Source of the DNA: Takakia lepidozioides
Taxonomy: Eukaryota; Plantae; Bryophyta
DNA length: 64,000 nt
Assembly: GCA_030704615.1 (NCBI GenBank)
Contig: CM060733.1
Span: 40,858,001-40,922,000 of the forward strand
Direction of reading: 5' to 3'
Positions 50,621 to 63,750 of the stretch are shown in pieces. Made by a program: the position numbers and the translations under genes. A model generated the notes under the pieces. It was not told where the DNA came from and ran no database searches. It saw only the letters and a list, made by a program, of their open reading frames with translations. The first letter of the stretch is position 1. Each line of letters opens with the position of its first letter.

Positions 50621-51298
50621 AGTTTAGCCAGAATGATTGCAAAACGCTTTGTGCTGAGGTGAGCATAATTCTGGAATAACGTTGGAGTCATGCTAGATTC
50701 CAAGAATATACCAAAATCTTCGCATGCTAGTGTTCAGTTTGGTGGTTTTTCTTACGTTTTCACGCTCGATTTTCTCCACCGGGAATGCCCCGTCATCACC
50801 CACACCGTCGACGAGTGCCTCCTCTGCAGTTATGGAATCTGAAGACCAAATTGCACAAGCCTCCCATAACGACGACCGTGTTTCTGAATTCAATTCTCTC
50901 TCTAACGATATCAAATGTCAGGTATCCCTCAAGCATAGTATGGGGATGCTAAGCTTCAGCCTCACCTTTGCGCACATCATTCACTCGAGGCCCGTCTGCG
51001 CACCATGCAACGTCTGTAAGGACAGTTTGTCCGATGACATGTCATCTCTGAAGGGGACGAAGTGGTGGACAACCACTTGTTCAAGGCTTTTTGTCCGGTC
51101 GCTAGTCTGAAACGGGCCTAAAATATAAGTCTAGACACGGCTCTGTATGAAGGGGTGTCAATATCAAGGGACACCACGGGTGCTGCTTGTGTCAACTGCC
51201 ATTGCATCGCAATTTGCCAGAAATGCGAGCAGCCACGACAATTTTGATGGGTTCTGAGGTGGGAATGACGGGGATTTGAATATTCATATCCAGGGAGG

Positions 51299-53796
51299 AT
51301 GAATGAGGCCGACGTATCCAAGCAGGTGCAGCAGATGGTGCACTTTATCAGGCAGGAAGCTGAAGAAAAAGCCAATGAAATCTCTATCTCTGCTGAGGAG
51401 GTCGGCCCCAATCCCATTTTGTTACACAATGCACGTATTATTTGTCTTGGATATGCTGTCGGACGCTGTCTGCCTCAAGAAGCGCCTAGATTTCAATGGG
51501 TATGTAGAATTACACTGCAATTATTGTCAAATGGGCTCCAATAGGTGTATGCTAGCAGCTAACAGTTGATTTGGAAGGGGCTCCATGTAATGATCGGTTC
51601 TTTGCGTGTTTGGGTTTAGGGCTGCGGAAGGGGCAGGGAGGGATGGATGGCTGCACAGATGCAGACATAGTCACACAGACATAACTGACAGACCAAGAGA
51701 GAATTGACTGAGGGGCTAAGGGGTCAAATCATGGCTGTGAGGGAAGGAACTCAACGTAGAGAAGCTGCAAATGGTGGAAGCTGCGAAGAAAAAGATTCGA
51801 GAAGAGTATGACAGGAAAGAGAAGCAAGTGGAGGTTCGCAAGAAAGTGTAAACTTTCTTTTCTTTCCCAACCTGATTTTTTTTCTCTCTCACAAACCATT
51901 CGACTGTGATGGTCATTTGGCTTCGTTTGCTCTTCAAAATCACGGGCTATGATGATGTGTGAAAACACATTTAGAGTCTGGTCAAACAAAGATATGAATC
52001 TTCCTACTTTTTGAGGTACTTACTGTGGCATTCGTCACCTCCATCCACAAGAGGGCTAAAGTATCAAAGGAAAGCGGGCAGGGCATCTTTGTTGTGGCGC
52101 CTGTTTGTGTTAGGATCTAATGGACTGAGGGGAGTTGCTTGAAGCTTGCAGAGAGTATTCTACACAGTTGAATGCCTCTCGTTTGAAGTTGTTGCAAGCA
52201 CAGGATGACCTGGTTCACAGGATGAAGGCGGCTGCTGAGAAACAGCTTTTCAACATCAGCTCACAACAAGGGCCCTACTCTCATCTCCTTGAAGATCTCA
52301 TTATTCAGGTATTTTTTCATCTTTGGTACAGGTACTCCAACAATCAATCCTTCCAGCGTGATTGTTCTACACATTGCTTGTGTTGATCCTACCTGTGGAG
52401 AATTTGCCAGAATGCATTTGCCTGCTTCTCTATAGTTTGGAAGTTGGTGCAAAAGTGTAGTGTATGACTAATGTGGCGATAGGACATCGAGAGCTCAATC
52501 AATACTTACAGGAGATGGTCTCTTATTGAAAACTGTAAGTATCTGTGGTATGTTGTCTTCATGTATCTGGTGTTTTGGGAGGCAGGGTTTGCTGAGGTTG
52601 AGGGAGCCAGATGTACAGCTACGCTGCCGTAGGGAAGATTTTCAAATGGTCCAATCCGTAATCCAGTCCGCCAAGGAGGGATATGCTACCAAAGCCAAAG
52701 TGCCTCCGCCAGAGATTTTTGTGGATGATAAAATTTTCCTACCTGGTCCCCCACAACCTGGCTATCTCGGCTCTTCTTGGTACTGTGCTCTCTCTCTCTA
52801 TCTTATTTAAAGACCACTCTGTCCTTGGAGCACTCCATGTATACACAAGGCTGTGTCTTGGGGTCCAATTCTGAACTGGCATAAAAGCATCTCCTCCATC
52901 TCAACTGTGCCACCATCCTGTGGCCATCTGCTATAATTAACTTGGTACAACAATTTTGTTCAGAATAAACAATGATCTCCTTCCACTGAGGGTTAACTTA
53001 TTACAAACTTGGCCATCCTGCGGGTGTTATTCAGATCCTGCCAACCTTGTAGCCTTCAGTACAACGAAATCCATAGATCCACTTCTCTCTGGGGCTGAAT
53101 TGGATTGTGTGACTGCTTAGTACACTCTTTGGCTTTCTGTTGGACTACAGTTACTAAATTGCATGGATTGACTTGAACCTCTCCAAGGACTGCTTCCAAA
53201 CCTTGCCAGCATCTGGGTTATGCATGGAACCTGATGCCTACTCGATGTAAATTGCTGATGCCTAGAGCCGGTCTCGCCGATTGTGTATAGCAGTGATCAT
53301 GGAGGGCAGCGACACCCATAGAGCGATTGTTGTGTATATCTCATGGCTAACCTGGCAGTAATAGTACTTTGTGTATTGGTTACACAGTTCAGGAGGAGTG
53401 GTACTGGCGACAAAGGATGGGCGCATTGTGTTGGAGAACACTTTGGATGCCCGCTTGGAGCTCGTTTTCAAGCAGCAGCTACCAGAGGCAGGGCCTTCCT
53501 TCCCTTTGTCATGATTTCGCAAGTTTTGGCACCAGTTGTCCTTATTCTGTTCTGTGAGTGGGAAGTGAGGGGCAGAGAACATGAGATAGAAGGGATCTCT
53601 TCAAAGAGCATGAGCTGCAGAAAATCAGAAAGGAACCTGATATTTGGGCTTAAGCATATGAAGTACAGTAAATAACCTTCGATGAATAGAGTCCATTTGA
53701 ATTATTCTCTTTGAGTACATTTGTAAAAGCATTCATTGTGTGCATGTCCAGATCCGGAGGCGGCTGTATTCTAGCACTGGACAAGGAGGCAGTTGA
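51299..53796 (+). CDS. VHA-E: V-type proton ATPase subunit E. Exons 51299-51400, 51747-51847, 52152-52308, 52586-52779, 53388-53487, 53752-53796
   Basis: MNEADVSKQVQQMVHFIRQEAEEKANEISISAEE|ELNVEKLQ...|EYSTQLNASRLKLLQAQDD...|GLLRLREP...|SGGVVLATKDGRIVLENTLDARLE...LPE|IRRRLY; the last intron needs a GC donor. Confidence 0.93.
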
Positions 53797-54713
53797 TAAT
53801 TTAGCCCTTCCTTTTGAATATTCTGTCTACTTAGATTTGGGTGATTACCGGTCTGACAACATTTGTGTGCATTTATTATCACTCTATGACATTTGGCTGC
53901 TACATTTGGTCCTTCTCGAAGAAGCATTTGAATACAACGTGCTCTTGGCTACATCACACAGCCCGAGTGTAGTGCAACTTATAATCAACTTCATTGTGGT
54001 GTGGAGCAACAATTTTGTCTATTGGCCCCTGGGCCTCATGCAGACTTCTACAATGGGGAACCAAGGTTCAGAGATGCTACGAGCAGTGTAGTTCAAGTTT
54101 ATGAAAACTTCATGAACGTGAATTACTTTGCTTCCCTTAATATATGCTTGGCATCACATCCACTTCTAGCAGGAAATAGGCCAGTTTGTAACCAATTCGC
54201 ACTTGAGCTCTATTGAAACCCTATGCCATGAACAACACCCCCTGCCTACTCTGAGTCTGCTGAATTCATGTGCCTACGATGGATTCTAGTTCTCTATGTT
54301 CCACCTTGGCCATGGCTTTGACCAGGAAGCCATGACTAGTGAGATCTTTCTGGAGTGACCGGGAAAATGCATTTGTTCCAACTAGATTGAACTTCGTTTA
54401 TCCCATGCTGGTAAAGATATATTGCCATAACAACATGAATTCCCAAGCCTCCCCATCCCTCAATTTTGCCCAAAAGCTTCTCCTTCAATTTTGGCTGTGT
54501 CTGCATTGCCTCTTTGAATTGCAGCATAATACAGCAGATTTGTGGTCTCCAAACCCTTTGTTCCGGAGCATGACTACATGAACAGAACATTCTCCCAAAA
54601 CTTCCAGTTGTACTCCAGCCATAACACTGACTGACTTGGGTGTTTTGCACCATCTGCATTGTCACTTACATATTGGCAAAGAAAAAAAATATGGGAGAGA
54701 GAGAGAGAGGTGC

Positions 54714-56081
54714 TTAAAAGACAGCTTGATCTCCGAGCTCCTGACCAGCCATTCCTTCGCGTGCAACCCGCTCAAAGAAGGCCTCCAAGGTGTCCGAGCC
54801 ATAGCTTGGAGTTGCATCAGCATCGTAGCGTCCTGTCTCAGAGTTGAGAACCAGCATACTCTCTGCAGCATAATATCGTCCAATCTTGCCAAACTCTGCG
54901 GCATCTTCAAGATTGGGAAACACCTTCGCCAAATTATCCAACACCCCGATAACAAAATTCATGATTCCGATAGGCACCTTCAGAAATTTGGGCTCTTTTC
55001 CTACAATTCTGAAGAGCATTTCCCCCTGTTCGAGGGGCGTAAGTGCCTTTCCAGGACCCCCAATTGGCAAGCGCTTGTTGATTTTATCCTCGTCTGGAAC
55101 ACAGTCAGCTATGAAAGATGCGAGGTCCGCTTCGCTGATCGGCTTGCATGCACACAGGGCTCCATCTCCAAACATTACGTAGGGACCTCCTCCTTTCACA
55201 CTCTGGACTTGGCCTCCCAAACTCTTGAAGAAGGCTGTTGGACGGACAATACTGTATGTCAGCCCATTTCCATATGCCTCGAGGTCTGCCTCCAATTTGA
55301 GCTTAGCTTTTTGAAATTCTAAGAGAGGTTTCTGCACGCAAATGGCAGATAGCAAAACGAAATGGGAGGCGCCCGCCGCTACCCCTGCTTCCAGGCTATT
55401 CTTGGTGGCCTGGTAGTCTATTTTCCACGAATCCTTCTTGCCCCCATTCCGGCTGGCAAGACATGAGATGACAACATCGACCGTTGTTCCTCGAGCTACT
55501 AATGCCGCCTTCAACGAGGTAATGCTAGTTACATCTGCCAAGCAAATTGTCGCCCCGGGAAACTCTGAAATCGTCTCTTCCACGCTCATCTTACCCCCAA
55601 TTCCACTCTTCTCTCGTGCAACAGCGATGACATTGTAGCCCCTCTTCACCATCTCTCTCACCACGTACTTGCCAATGTAGCCCGTGGCACCCACAATCAG
55701 CACGTTCGTATCTCTCGGACTCTTTGTCCGCCAGGCTTGTGTGCTTTCTGTCGCTTTTGCCCGCCATTTCGTTCTGCGAGAATTCAACGGCACTGTGCCT
55801 GCATGCTTCAGCGCTGTTCCTGAGAGCGTTTCCACCTCCTCAGAATTTCCCAAGTGGAAAGCCTTCTTCAGAGTGAGGGGCAAGGGCAACGGTACAGCCA
55901 GCTGGGAGTAAGCTGGCAGTGAAGCACAGGGGTGGCTCACACCACAGCTGGCCTTCGAAAAAAAGGAAACTGAGGAGAAAGAGACAGTCTTGCACGAGAT
56001 GAGAGACACAATTGGCACAGACGAGGTCGGGAGAGACGAGGGAGGTGCGTGAGCGAGCAGTGCCATGGTGGGCAACACCAT
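54714..56081 (-). CDS. DVR: Divinyl chlorophyllide a 8-vinyl reductase, chloroplastic, single exon (start 56081 or 56066)
   Basis: Ser-rich transit peptide, [63 protein letters not shown] and [10 protein letters not shown]. Confidence 0.95.
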   Translation of the reverse strand: MVLPTMALLAHAPPSSLPTSSVPIVSLISCKTVSFSSVSFFSKASCGVSHPCASLPAYSQLAVPLPLPLTLKKAFHLGNSEEVETLSGTALKHAGTVPLNSRRTKWRAKATESTQAWRTKSPRDTNVLIVGATGYIGKYVVREMVKRGYNVIAVAREKSGIGGKMSVEETISEFPGATICLADVTSITSLKAALVARGTTVDVVISCLASRNGGKKDSWKIDYQATKNSLEAGVAAGASHFVLLSAICVQKPLLEFQKAKLKLEADLEAYGNGLTYSIVRPTAFFKSLGGQVQSVKGGGPYVMFGDGALCACKPISEADLASFIADCVPDEDKINKRLPIGGPGKALTPLEQGEMLFRIVGKEPKFLKVPIGIMNFVIGVLDNLAKVFPNLEDAAEFGKIGRYYAAESMLVLNSETGRYDADATPSYGSDTLEAFFERVAREGMAGQELGDQAVF

Positions 56082-56656
56082 AGCCTGAGTGCAGCAAAGG
56101 AGGCTGCCTGCCTCATCCGCAGCGCAGGCCGATGGATGAAACTGACCCACATGCGGCCTCCCTCGCTCTTGCTTGTTTGGGTCTGTCTCTTTGCTTCTGT
56201 TTCTAGACTACCGAGTTGCAAGCTTCGGTGTTGGGAGGAAGCGCTCCTCCCATCGTTCCGTCTTCACTTTGTTTGCAGTGAGTGCCAAGTGTTAGAAGCG
56301 AGAATAAAAGTGGGAGTTTATGGAAAGGTGGACTAGGAAGGATACAGTTCCTGGGCAGCTGGTGACAATCTCGTAATGAGTTAGTGTCTGTGGGGGATTT
56401 TGCAGCGCATCTGATTCCTGGTTTGGAGAAGGCACAAGAAGACTACTTTGATTTCGAGGCGGAGTGGTGCTGTTGTGGTTGGCACATGTATTTCATGGAA
56501 GAGATACGTCGCATTTGCAGAGAGAATGAATAGGGTGTGAGGGGGAGGGGTAGCAGTGACTGAGCTTGTGGGTTGTTATCCAATTGATCGAGATTTAGAG
56601 CAACTGGGAGTTTGAGTTTGAACAGGGAATAGTGAGTGTGAGGGGGTTTTGTGGCG

Positions 56657-59600
56657 ATGGCGCCCGCTGCTGAGAGCACCACCACTACCTCGCTGGACTC
56701 GTCTCCGCTGCCTGCTGACAGCCCTGTGCAGGATGATGGAGATGGTGATGATGAGCTCGAGGATGACGACGAAGGCGGGTCACGGGACGAGGATGATGAT
56801 GATGAGGATGAATCTGAGGACGAGGAGCCGCGGCTCAAGTACCAGAGGCTTGGAGGCAGTGTTCCTTCTCTCCTCTCGTCTGACGCGGCTTCCTGCCTCA
56901 CTGTGGCTGAGCGCATTATCGCCCTTGGCACTCACGATGGCACTGTGCATTTGCTCGATTATCAGGGCAACCAGGTCTGGGCAATGTCACCCTCCTCTTC
57001 CGTGCCATCATCAATCCCTATTTGTTCAAAATGTGTCGCGCATTTCATTTCCAGCTCACGTCTGCAGTTGGCAGGAAGTTCAAGGCTTTCCTTTCACAGT
57101 GCAGTCTCCACTTTACTATCAACATGTATTCACTCTCTAGAACTGAAATTTTTGGGTGTTAGAGATTCTGCCTTGGCAATCCTGGGACATGGAAATATCC
57201 CCTTCACTTTCACTGTTGGGTTTTGTTTGGCAGGTCAGAGAATTCCGCGCACACAGCGCCACGGTCAATGAGGTGAGCTTTGATGCAGAGGGGGAGTATG
57301 TTGGAAGCTGCTCTGACGATGGGACTGTCGTGATCAACAGTTTGTACACTGATGAGAAGGAAAAGTTTGAGTATCACCGGCCCATGAAAGCAGTGGCCCT
57401 GGACCCAGAGTACTCACGGAGGGCATCCAAGCAATTTGCTACTGGAGGGCTTGCAGGGCAGCTGCTCTTCAACAGCAAGGGATGGCTAGGGTATCGGGAC
57501 CAGGTAGTTATCTGACTCTACTCCTGAACGGTATCTCCATGTGATCTGTACATAGTTGGTATGTGGATCTCTTCTTGGAGATTATGTATCCTTCTATGTA
57601 TGGTAAATAGTCCCCTGGGTGTTATTGTAGCGCTGTGCTCTCTGCAAGCGTGCTTGATCTTGACCTGCTGTTGGACCTGCCATTGTGGTGGATAAGCGGG
57701 CGGCGAGTCCGGAAATACTTGGACAGAAAAAGGTACAGAGGTAAGGTAAATAGGCAGGGAAATACCCATACACAAATTGAACTGTAATATATAGGAGAAG
57801 AGTGGCCAGCTCATACAGGCCAGTAGGTCCCAAAATAGCATAATGTATGTTGTGGAGGAAAAAGTGAGTAGACATGTCTCTATGGAAGAACATGACACTA
57901 TGGTCCAATGTCCCAAAGGAAGGCGAGGGACAAGATCTGCGTCCTGTTCATCTTCCAAACTCAACAGTTCAACGAATTCCACTGTTTGACAGTGTATGCC
58001 CTGCAATTTTCACTGTACTCGGGAGGGAAGTGCTCTGTGTTGGCCATCGTCAAGTAGGGTCCCTTTGGTGGAGGAGACATGCGAATCATGCAGCTAGATT
58101 TTCCTAGTAGCTAGATTCAGGAATTCTTCTCAGGGATCAACTTACCTAGAAAGTGTTGGTTTTACCCCAATATGCTGAGAAGGGGGTCAGTCTTGAGAGC
58201 CACATTTGTGGCTCATTTATCAATTGGGGTAAGTCTAGTGAACTTTTGAAGCCTCCAGGAGGTTGCATGGTAAGTACTAGCAGGAACTGCCTAGTTGTGT
58301 TGCAGATGTGATCCAGGTTTGGCACGATTGTTGTATGCCTACTTGTACTAGAAGACATGATAGGGATGAGCAAACAAGCTGACGGGGAGGTGGGTATGGG
58401 TTAGGTGCTGCACTCGGGAGAGGGAACTGTGCATGCCGTGAAGTGGCGGACTAGTCTTATTGCTTGGGCCAATGATGCTGGAGTGAAAGTTTATGACACA
58501 GTCTCCCATCAACGCATCACCTTCATAGAGCGAGGACCTCGCGCCGAGCGGCTACGCCCACAGTTGGTGTGGCAGGTCCACCTCTTGCATTCCCTCTGTC
58601 AATTCTTCAGCTTGATTTCTTTCACACTCTTTTCTTCTCTTTTGGAATGATGTTTTAGACTGTTCCAATTGTATGTTTGTCTATGGCCACAATGCCAAGG
58701 TGGATGAGAGTACACTCCCTAGGATGTCACTGGGGCAGACAGAGCTTTGGTAGCTAGTAAGATGGGAGCAAACCAGTAGGTTTGGATTAGGTGATGGCTA
58801 TATCTTTTAAGTGGAAATCCTGCAACTGAAACTTGTTTGCTCTTAGTAAATCTCATAGCAATGGCAATTACTACTAGGTCAACTTGTACCTGTATAAAAG
58901 CACTATCAGATCTGCTTTAGGCTCTCTGATGAACTGGCAATTGTATATTGTGGGACTGTAGGGTTAAGCACCTTGATTTTTGTTGATGAAGGGTTTGTTT
59001 CCATGGCAGGATGACACAGTTCTGCTCATTGGGTGGGCAGACTGTGTAAAGATTGCAGCAGTACGTATACGAGGTCAGGATGGAAGGAAAGGAACGTTGA
59101 GGGCTGGGACGAAGTACGTGGAGATAGTTGCAGTGTTTCATACTGATTACTACATATCAGGCCTTGCGCCCTATGGCGAAGCCCTTGTCATATTGGCTTA
59201 CCTTCCTGACAGAGATGATGGCCAATCTGAGGTGTCCTCCGCATTTCTCCGACAGGTGGGATCATTGAATGCTTGCCTGTCATTAAGAGAGCTACAGGCA
59301 TTGTTGCATGCTGATTTTACCAACCAGCTCCTTGTCATGTACCAGAAGAAGCTGACTGGGGGATATTCACAGGGACAAGCGCAGCGGCCTGAAGTGCGCA
59401 TAGTGACATGGAAAAATGAGGAGCTTGCTACTGATGCGCTCTCCATCCATGGCTACGAGCACTACAAGGCCAAGGATTATGTGCTTGCCCATGCCCCCTT
59501 TGCAGGTGGGTGTCTTGTTTACTGGTCATAGGCACTAAGGGTTCCAATTGAAGTGGTGAAGGGTAGTGGCGCAAGCACTTTGGGTAAGAGTGCTGGAAGT

Positions 59601-60847
59601 GGTTAGATGGAAGTAATGAAGATCATTGCCGGTGGCATGGGTTGCTGTCATGTCAGGAAGCAGCAGTGCAGGAGGCCAATGGGCGGCTGGAGATGAGCCC
59701 CTCTACTATGTTGTCTCACCCACAGATGTCGTACTTGCTAAACCCAGGTTTGTTCTCTGACAGAGGCTTGGTGGTTACAGTAGCCTTTAAGGCTCTTTTT
59801 TATGTTCCTGCCTGTTTCTGGAGATTTGGGCTGAACAAATTAGTGCAAGCGGCATGGTAGATGGTGGCAGCTGGCTATAATGACTCAAAATTCTTTTTCT
59901 GCATGCTCATCCCCTTCACTGTCATGCAAGAGATGGGTAGTTTGTTATATCCATTGAGGCAAATGAGCACGTTGTGGGTCCATTGCATAATGTGTGTGTG
60001 AGAGAATGTACTCATAAGACGTTGTTTGCCGTAGCCTTGTGGCCATAGACCCCGTGTCCAGTTTGGGCGGAACAAAAGGGAACAGATATCCTCTAGAAAG
60101 CCCTTCACACAAGCATCAATCTGCTGTGTGTGAGCTGCCCAGCAATTATATCCCAACAGGGCCAGGGCTTTAGACTCAACCTCCAGATTTTCAAAGTTGG
60201 TGAATGATGTTCAAGGTTCTTGATGTTCCTGAAGAGGGTCATTCTCTGGTGAGAATACCCCTCTGTGTGTGAGGGAGAGAGAGAGAGTGTGTGTATGTGT
60301 GTGTGTTCATAGTGGGGGGCCGATGCCATATTCAGGGATGCGGATGACCATGTTGCATGGCTGCTTCAGCATGGTTGGCATGAGAAGGCTTTGGCCGCTG
60401 TGGAGGCTGGGAAAGCCAGGACAGAACTGCTGGAAGAGGTACAAGCAACCCTTGTTGTTACTTGTCTACACAAGGTTATGGCACTTGTCAGGGGTGCTGG
60501 CATTCCCAGGATTTGTTCTTTGACGATGCAAAGATTAACCAGGGCTTTCTGAAGAGAAGATATCCAGTAGCAGTATATCTAGTTTGGATCTAGAAATCAT
60601 ATTACAGTTGCAACTACAGGATAATGGGAGGCCACGCTGGGTTGGAGATGATATCCCTATATGAGGATATTGGGCTTGACATATTTATAAGAGAAGGGAG
60701 GGATTGGGAGGTTTGCCACTGAGGGATGGGGGGGATGGTGTAGGTGGGTTCACGATATTTGGACCATTTGTTACTGGAGCGTCAGTATGCCCAAGCTGCT
60801 GCCCTGTGTCCTAAGCTCCTACGGGGCTCTGCACCAGCCTGGGAGAG
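56657..60847 (+). CDS. VPS41: Vacuolar protein sorting 41 (HOPS), 5' part. Exons 56657-56974, 57234-57503, 58405-58575, 59010-59255, 59373-59505, 59657-59747, 60336-60438, 60744-60847; remainder not seen in window
   Basis: Acidic N-terminus, EEPRLKYQRLGGS, IALGTHDG, GSCSDDG, WANDAGVKVYD, RPEVRIVTW...TDAL, YYVVSP.DVV.AKPRDADDHVAWLL and CPKLLRGSAPAWER; phase-consistent GT-AG. Confidence 0.93.
59995..60078 (-). repeat. Short interspersed repeat copy in a VPS41 intron
   Basis: gagagaatgtactcataagacgttgtttgccgtagccttgtggccatagaccccgtgtccagtttgggcggaac abutting (tg)n(ag)n. Confidence 0.88.
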
Positions 60848-60854
60848 GTAAGCC

Positions 60855-62815
60855 TCCAATGCCGCCACATTTGGCATACATGTCCACAAGGGTAGTATTC
60901 AGAATGACATCTGGTACAATTTCAGCTTTGATGATGTCGTATCATGGACCTCTTTGACCTTTCCCAGGGGCTCGCACAAGCATTGCAATGCAAATGAGTG
61001 TGGCCTATCCAGCTTCACCCCTTCCCGCCTAATTTGCTGATAGGTCTTGAAAGCCTCCATCCCACACCCATGCTGGGCATATTCTACAATCATCGCATTC
61101 CAGGACACCACATCCCGTTCAGCCAGATTGTTAAACGCTCCCTTTGCATGTTCAGGGCTGCCGCATTTGTCATACATGTCCACGAGGGTATTGTTCAGAA
61201 ACACAGTTGGTACAGTTCCAGCTTTGATGATGTCACCATGGACCTCTTTATCCTTTTCTAGGCTCCCAGACTCACACATGCATTGCAGACGCAAAACAAA
61301 CGTGACCCCGTTGGGCTTCACCCCTTCCCACACCATTTGCTCCTAGGTCCTGAAGCTCCATCCCAGACCCATGTTGGGCTTATCTTGCAATCATAGTACA
61401 CCAGGACACTACGTTTATTCAGCCATTTTGTCAAACACTCTCTTCGCTGCATTTGGCGTACACGTCCACAAGGGCATGTTCAGAATGACATTTGGTGCAA
61501 TTTCAGCTTTCACCATGGACCTCATTGCCCTTTTTCAGGGCTGCCAGGTTCACACATGCATTGCAAATGCAAACAAATAAGATCCTGTTGGACTTCACCG
61601 CTTCCTGCATCATTTGCTCATATGTCTTATGTTCCACTTGATCAACCTCGTTTGGGAATGTTGCTGAAACCTTGGTGTGCATCCACAATGCTCCTGCACT
61701 TACCATACATAACAAGAATGTTGTGGAGCCACTTTGGATAATGTGAGAGTGCACCTGCTTTCCCACTTCCAGGGCTTTCATCCTGATGCGCGTTTGCAAG
61801 AGACAGAGATAAGCATCTGAATCTGCTGATATGCCTCCTTGGTTCCAAATTTATAGAGCTTCTTTCAGTTGCCCTACTTCACCTAGTGTGCTCACATACC
61901 CAGATTTACCAGAAGATATCTTGTGGACTCCCTCTCTTGGTCCTCTTTTGGTGGTGGAAGTTCCTGCTTTTGTCAGCTGTGCGGCTGCTCCTACTTCCAG
62001 TTGACCATCTACTCATGCAGGATTCTCGTAGCTATCAATCCTCATGGGATCACATGTACTCTTGTGCTTGAAATTCTGCCCTCTTGGGCGAATTTGGACA
62101 TCCTTCCTCCTTCAGCTATCCCTGCCTCGGCACCAATAATGCATAGATCCTTTCCTTGCTGCTAGCAGCTGACAATGGCAGCCGTATATTCTCGGAAAAA
62201 TGCCAATCCTACTTACCACACACTAGTTCCTGTGCTGAATTGCTCCCAAGACTTCGAAAATGTGTTGGGAGACAGGGTGATGTCATGCGATCTTGTTGTC
62301 TGCTCTCTGTAACATAACAGGCATTGACCTTTTTACCTCAATTGCCCCACCATTGACTGCGGTTCGAATATTCCTTCCAAAGCTTCTCCTCACCATTTTT
62401 GAATATTTGCCTGTTGCCACATTGGCAGTAACATGTGAAAACATTCAGGACCACCATAGATCCAGCCACTGAGCCAACTTACAAAACTCGACAAGGAAAG
62501 TCGGGGTTGAATCTGATAGGAGGACAAAACAAGCTTAAAGGTGTTGAAGGAAAAGGCCGTCACCGGATTGTCCTTGACCTTGTGTTATGAGAGCAGCGGG
62601 CTTTCCTTTCACGCAAGGAGGTTGAACCCGCCCTCAATCCAAATGACGTGTGTGTGCTGCTTATGTCCGTAGTCTGTGGGTTGGTCGTGAAAACCAACAC
62701 AGTGCAGCTGAGCAGCCATAGGAAGCCCGTACCTTGCCATCGTGGTTGTCCCACCATTGTGAAGGATCCTTACAGCACTCCTGCCAGCACTGTTCCATAC
62801 TCCGTTCATGCCAGA
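60855..62815 (-). pseudogene. PDF-PPR locus copy 3, antisense directly after VPS41 exon 8
   Basis: MEQCWQECCKDPSQWWDNHDGK|gt (ends 62733), PTDYGHKQHTHVIWIEGGFN, then PREGVHKISS / VSTLGEVGQLKEAL / GISADSDAYLCLLQ..IRMKALEVGKQVHSHIIQSG and broken PLS repeats, paralleling the 28014 ORF N-terminus. Confidence 0.85.
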
Positions 62816-63654
62816 AACTCAAAGAGCAGCACAGTTTGGCAAGTTTCTTTATTGAGGGCAAGTGTAAGCTTTCAACAACATGCATGCAAGCCACTCTGGG
62901 CTCTATTGCATTCAATACAATGAGGGACATACAAACATGTCCAAAGTTACAGATGCCAAACAAGCTTTTGCATGACAAGGGCTGCCCCTCTGATCAGCCT
63001 CACCATTAACAGTGACGATTGAATCCAAGTCTCTTAAGCGAGGCATAATTCAGGCCACAGCTTTATACAAAGCGAAATCATCTGATGTAATGCTTCTCTC
63101 TGCCATACTACCTGAGCATGTGCATGAGTTTTTCTGTGACGAAGAGTATTGCACCCTTGCCTTCATTCAGGGAGAGCAGTTTTCTTCTGAAGACCAACAG
63201 GTATTTGATGCCATTGTTTTTGCAAAGAACCATGGATCTGTGTACAAAGAACTCAAGGCAGGAAACAAATCGTGGTATGCCCTGAATTTGGATAGCCTGA
63301 CTACAGCGATAGTTACGAGTGCTTGTGGCATATCCGAAATCTTGAATAAGCTTTGTTGTAATTTTGTGCGTGTCTCAGCTAAGAACCTCCTGGTATTCCT
63401 CTAGTGGAAGCAAATTGGAGAGGGATATCAACCATCTGTTCATCACTCGTAGTTTTCACTAGAATACAAGCATTTATGAGTCATGCATCATCTTTTTCTC
63501 TACAAGAGCAACTACTTTTGCAGCCAACCAAATTTAACAAGCTAACCTGGCTCAATATCACAACTGTGAGTCATGCTCACTTTCATCTTTTATGGGCTGA
63601 GGGCTTGGTATGCATGGCAGGTTTCCTTTTTTTCTCTCTCTCTCTCTCTCTTAC

Positions 63655-63750
63655 TCTCCCTGTTGTTCCGCTCAAACTGGGCGAGGGGTCTATGGCCACA
63701 AGGCCATGGCAAACAACGTCTTATGAGTACATTCTCTCTCTTACTCTCTT
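63655..63750 (+). repeat. Short interspersed repeat copy between CT-rich tracts
   Basis: gttccgctcaaactgggcgaggggtctatggccacaaggccatggcaaacaacgtcttatgagtacattctctctc. Confidence 0.88.

Noticed and set aside
54636-55322. 228-aa plus-strand ORF
   Set aside because: Antisense shadow of DVR with no independent motifs.
56443-57140. Ser-rich minus ORF (162 aa) and Met/Arg-rich plus ORF (163 aa)
   Set aside because: Antisense and alternative-frame shadows of the GAT/GAC acidic tract in VPS41 exon 1.
63655-63750. Short repeat as a hammerhead ribozyme or retrozyme (cttatgag resembles CUGAUGAG)
   Set aside because: The core is CTTATGAG, and no properly placed GAAA or supporting stems were found.
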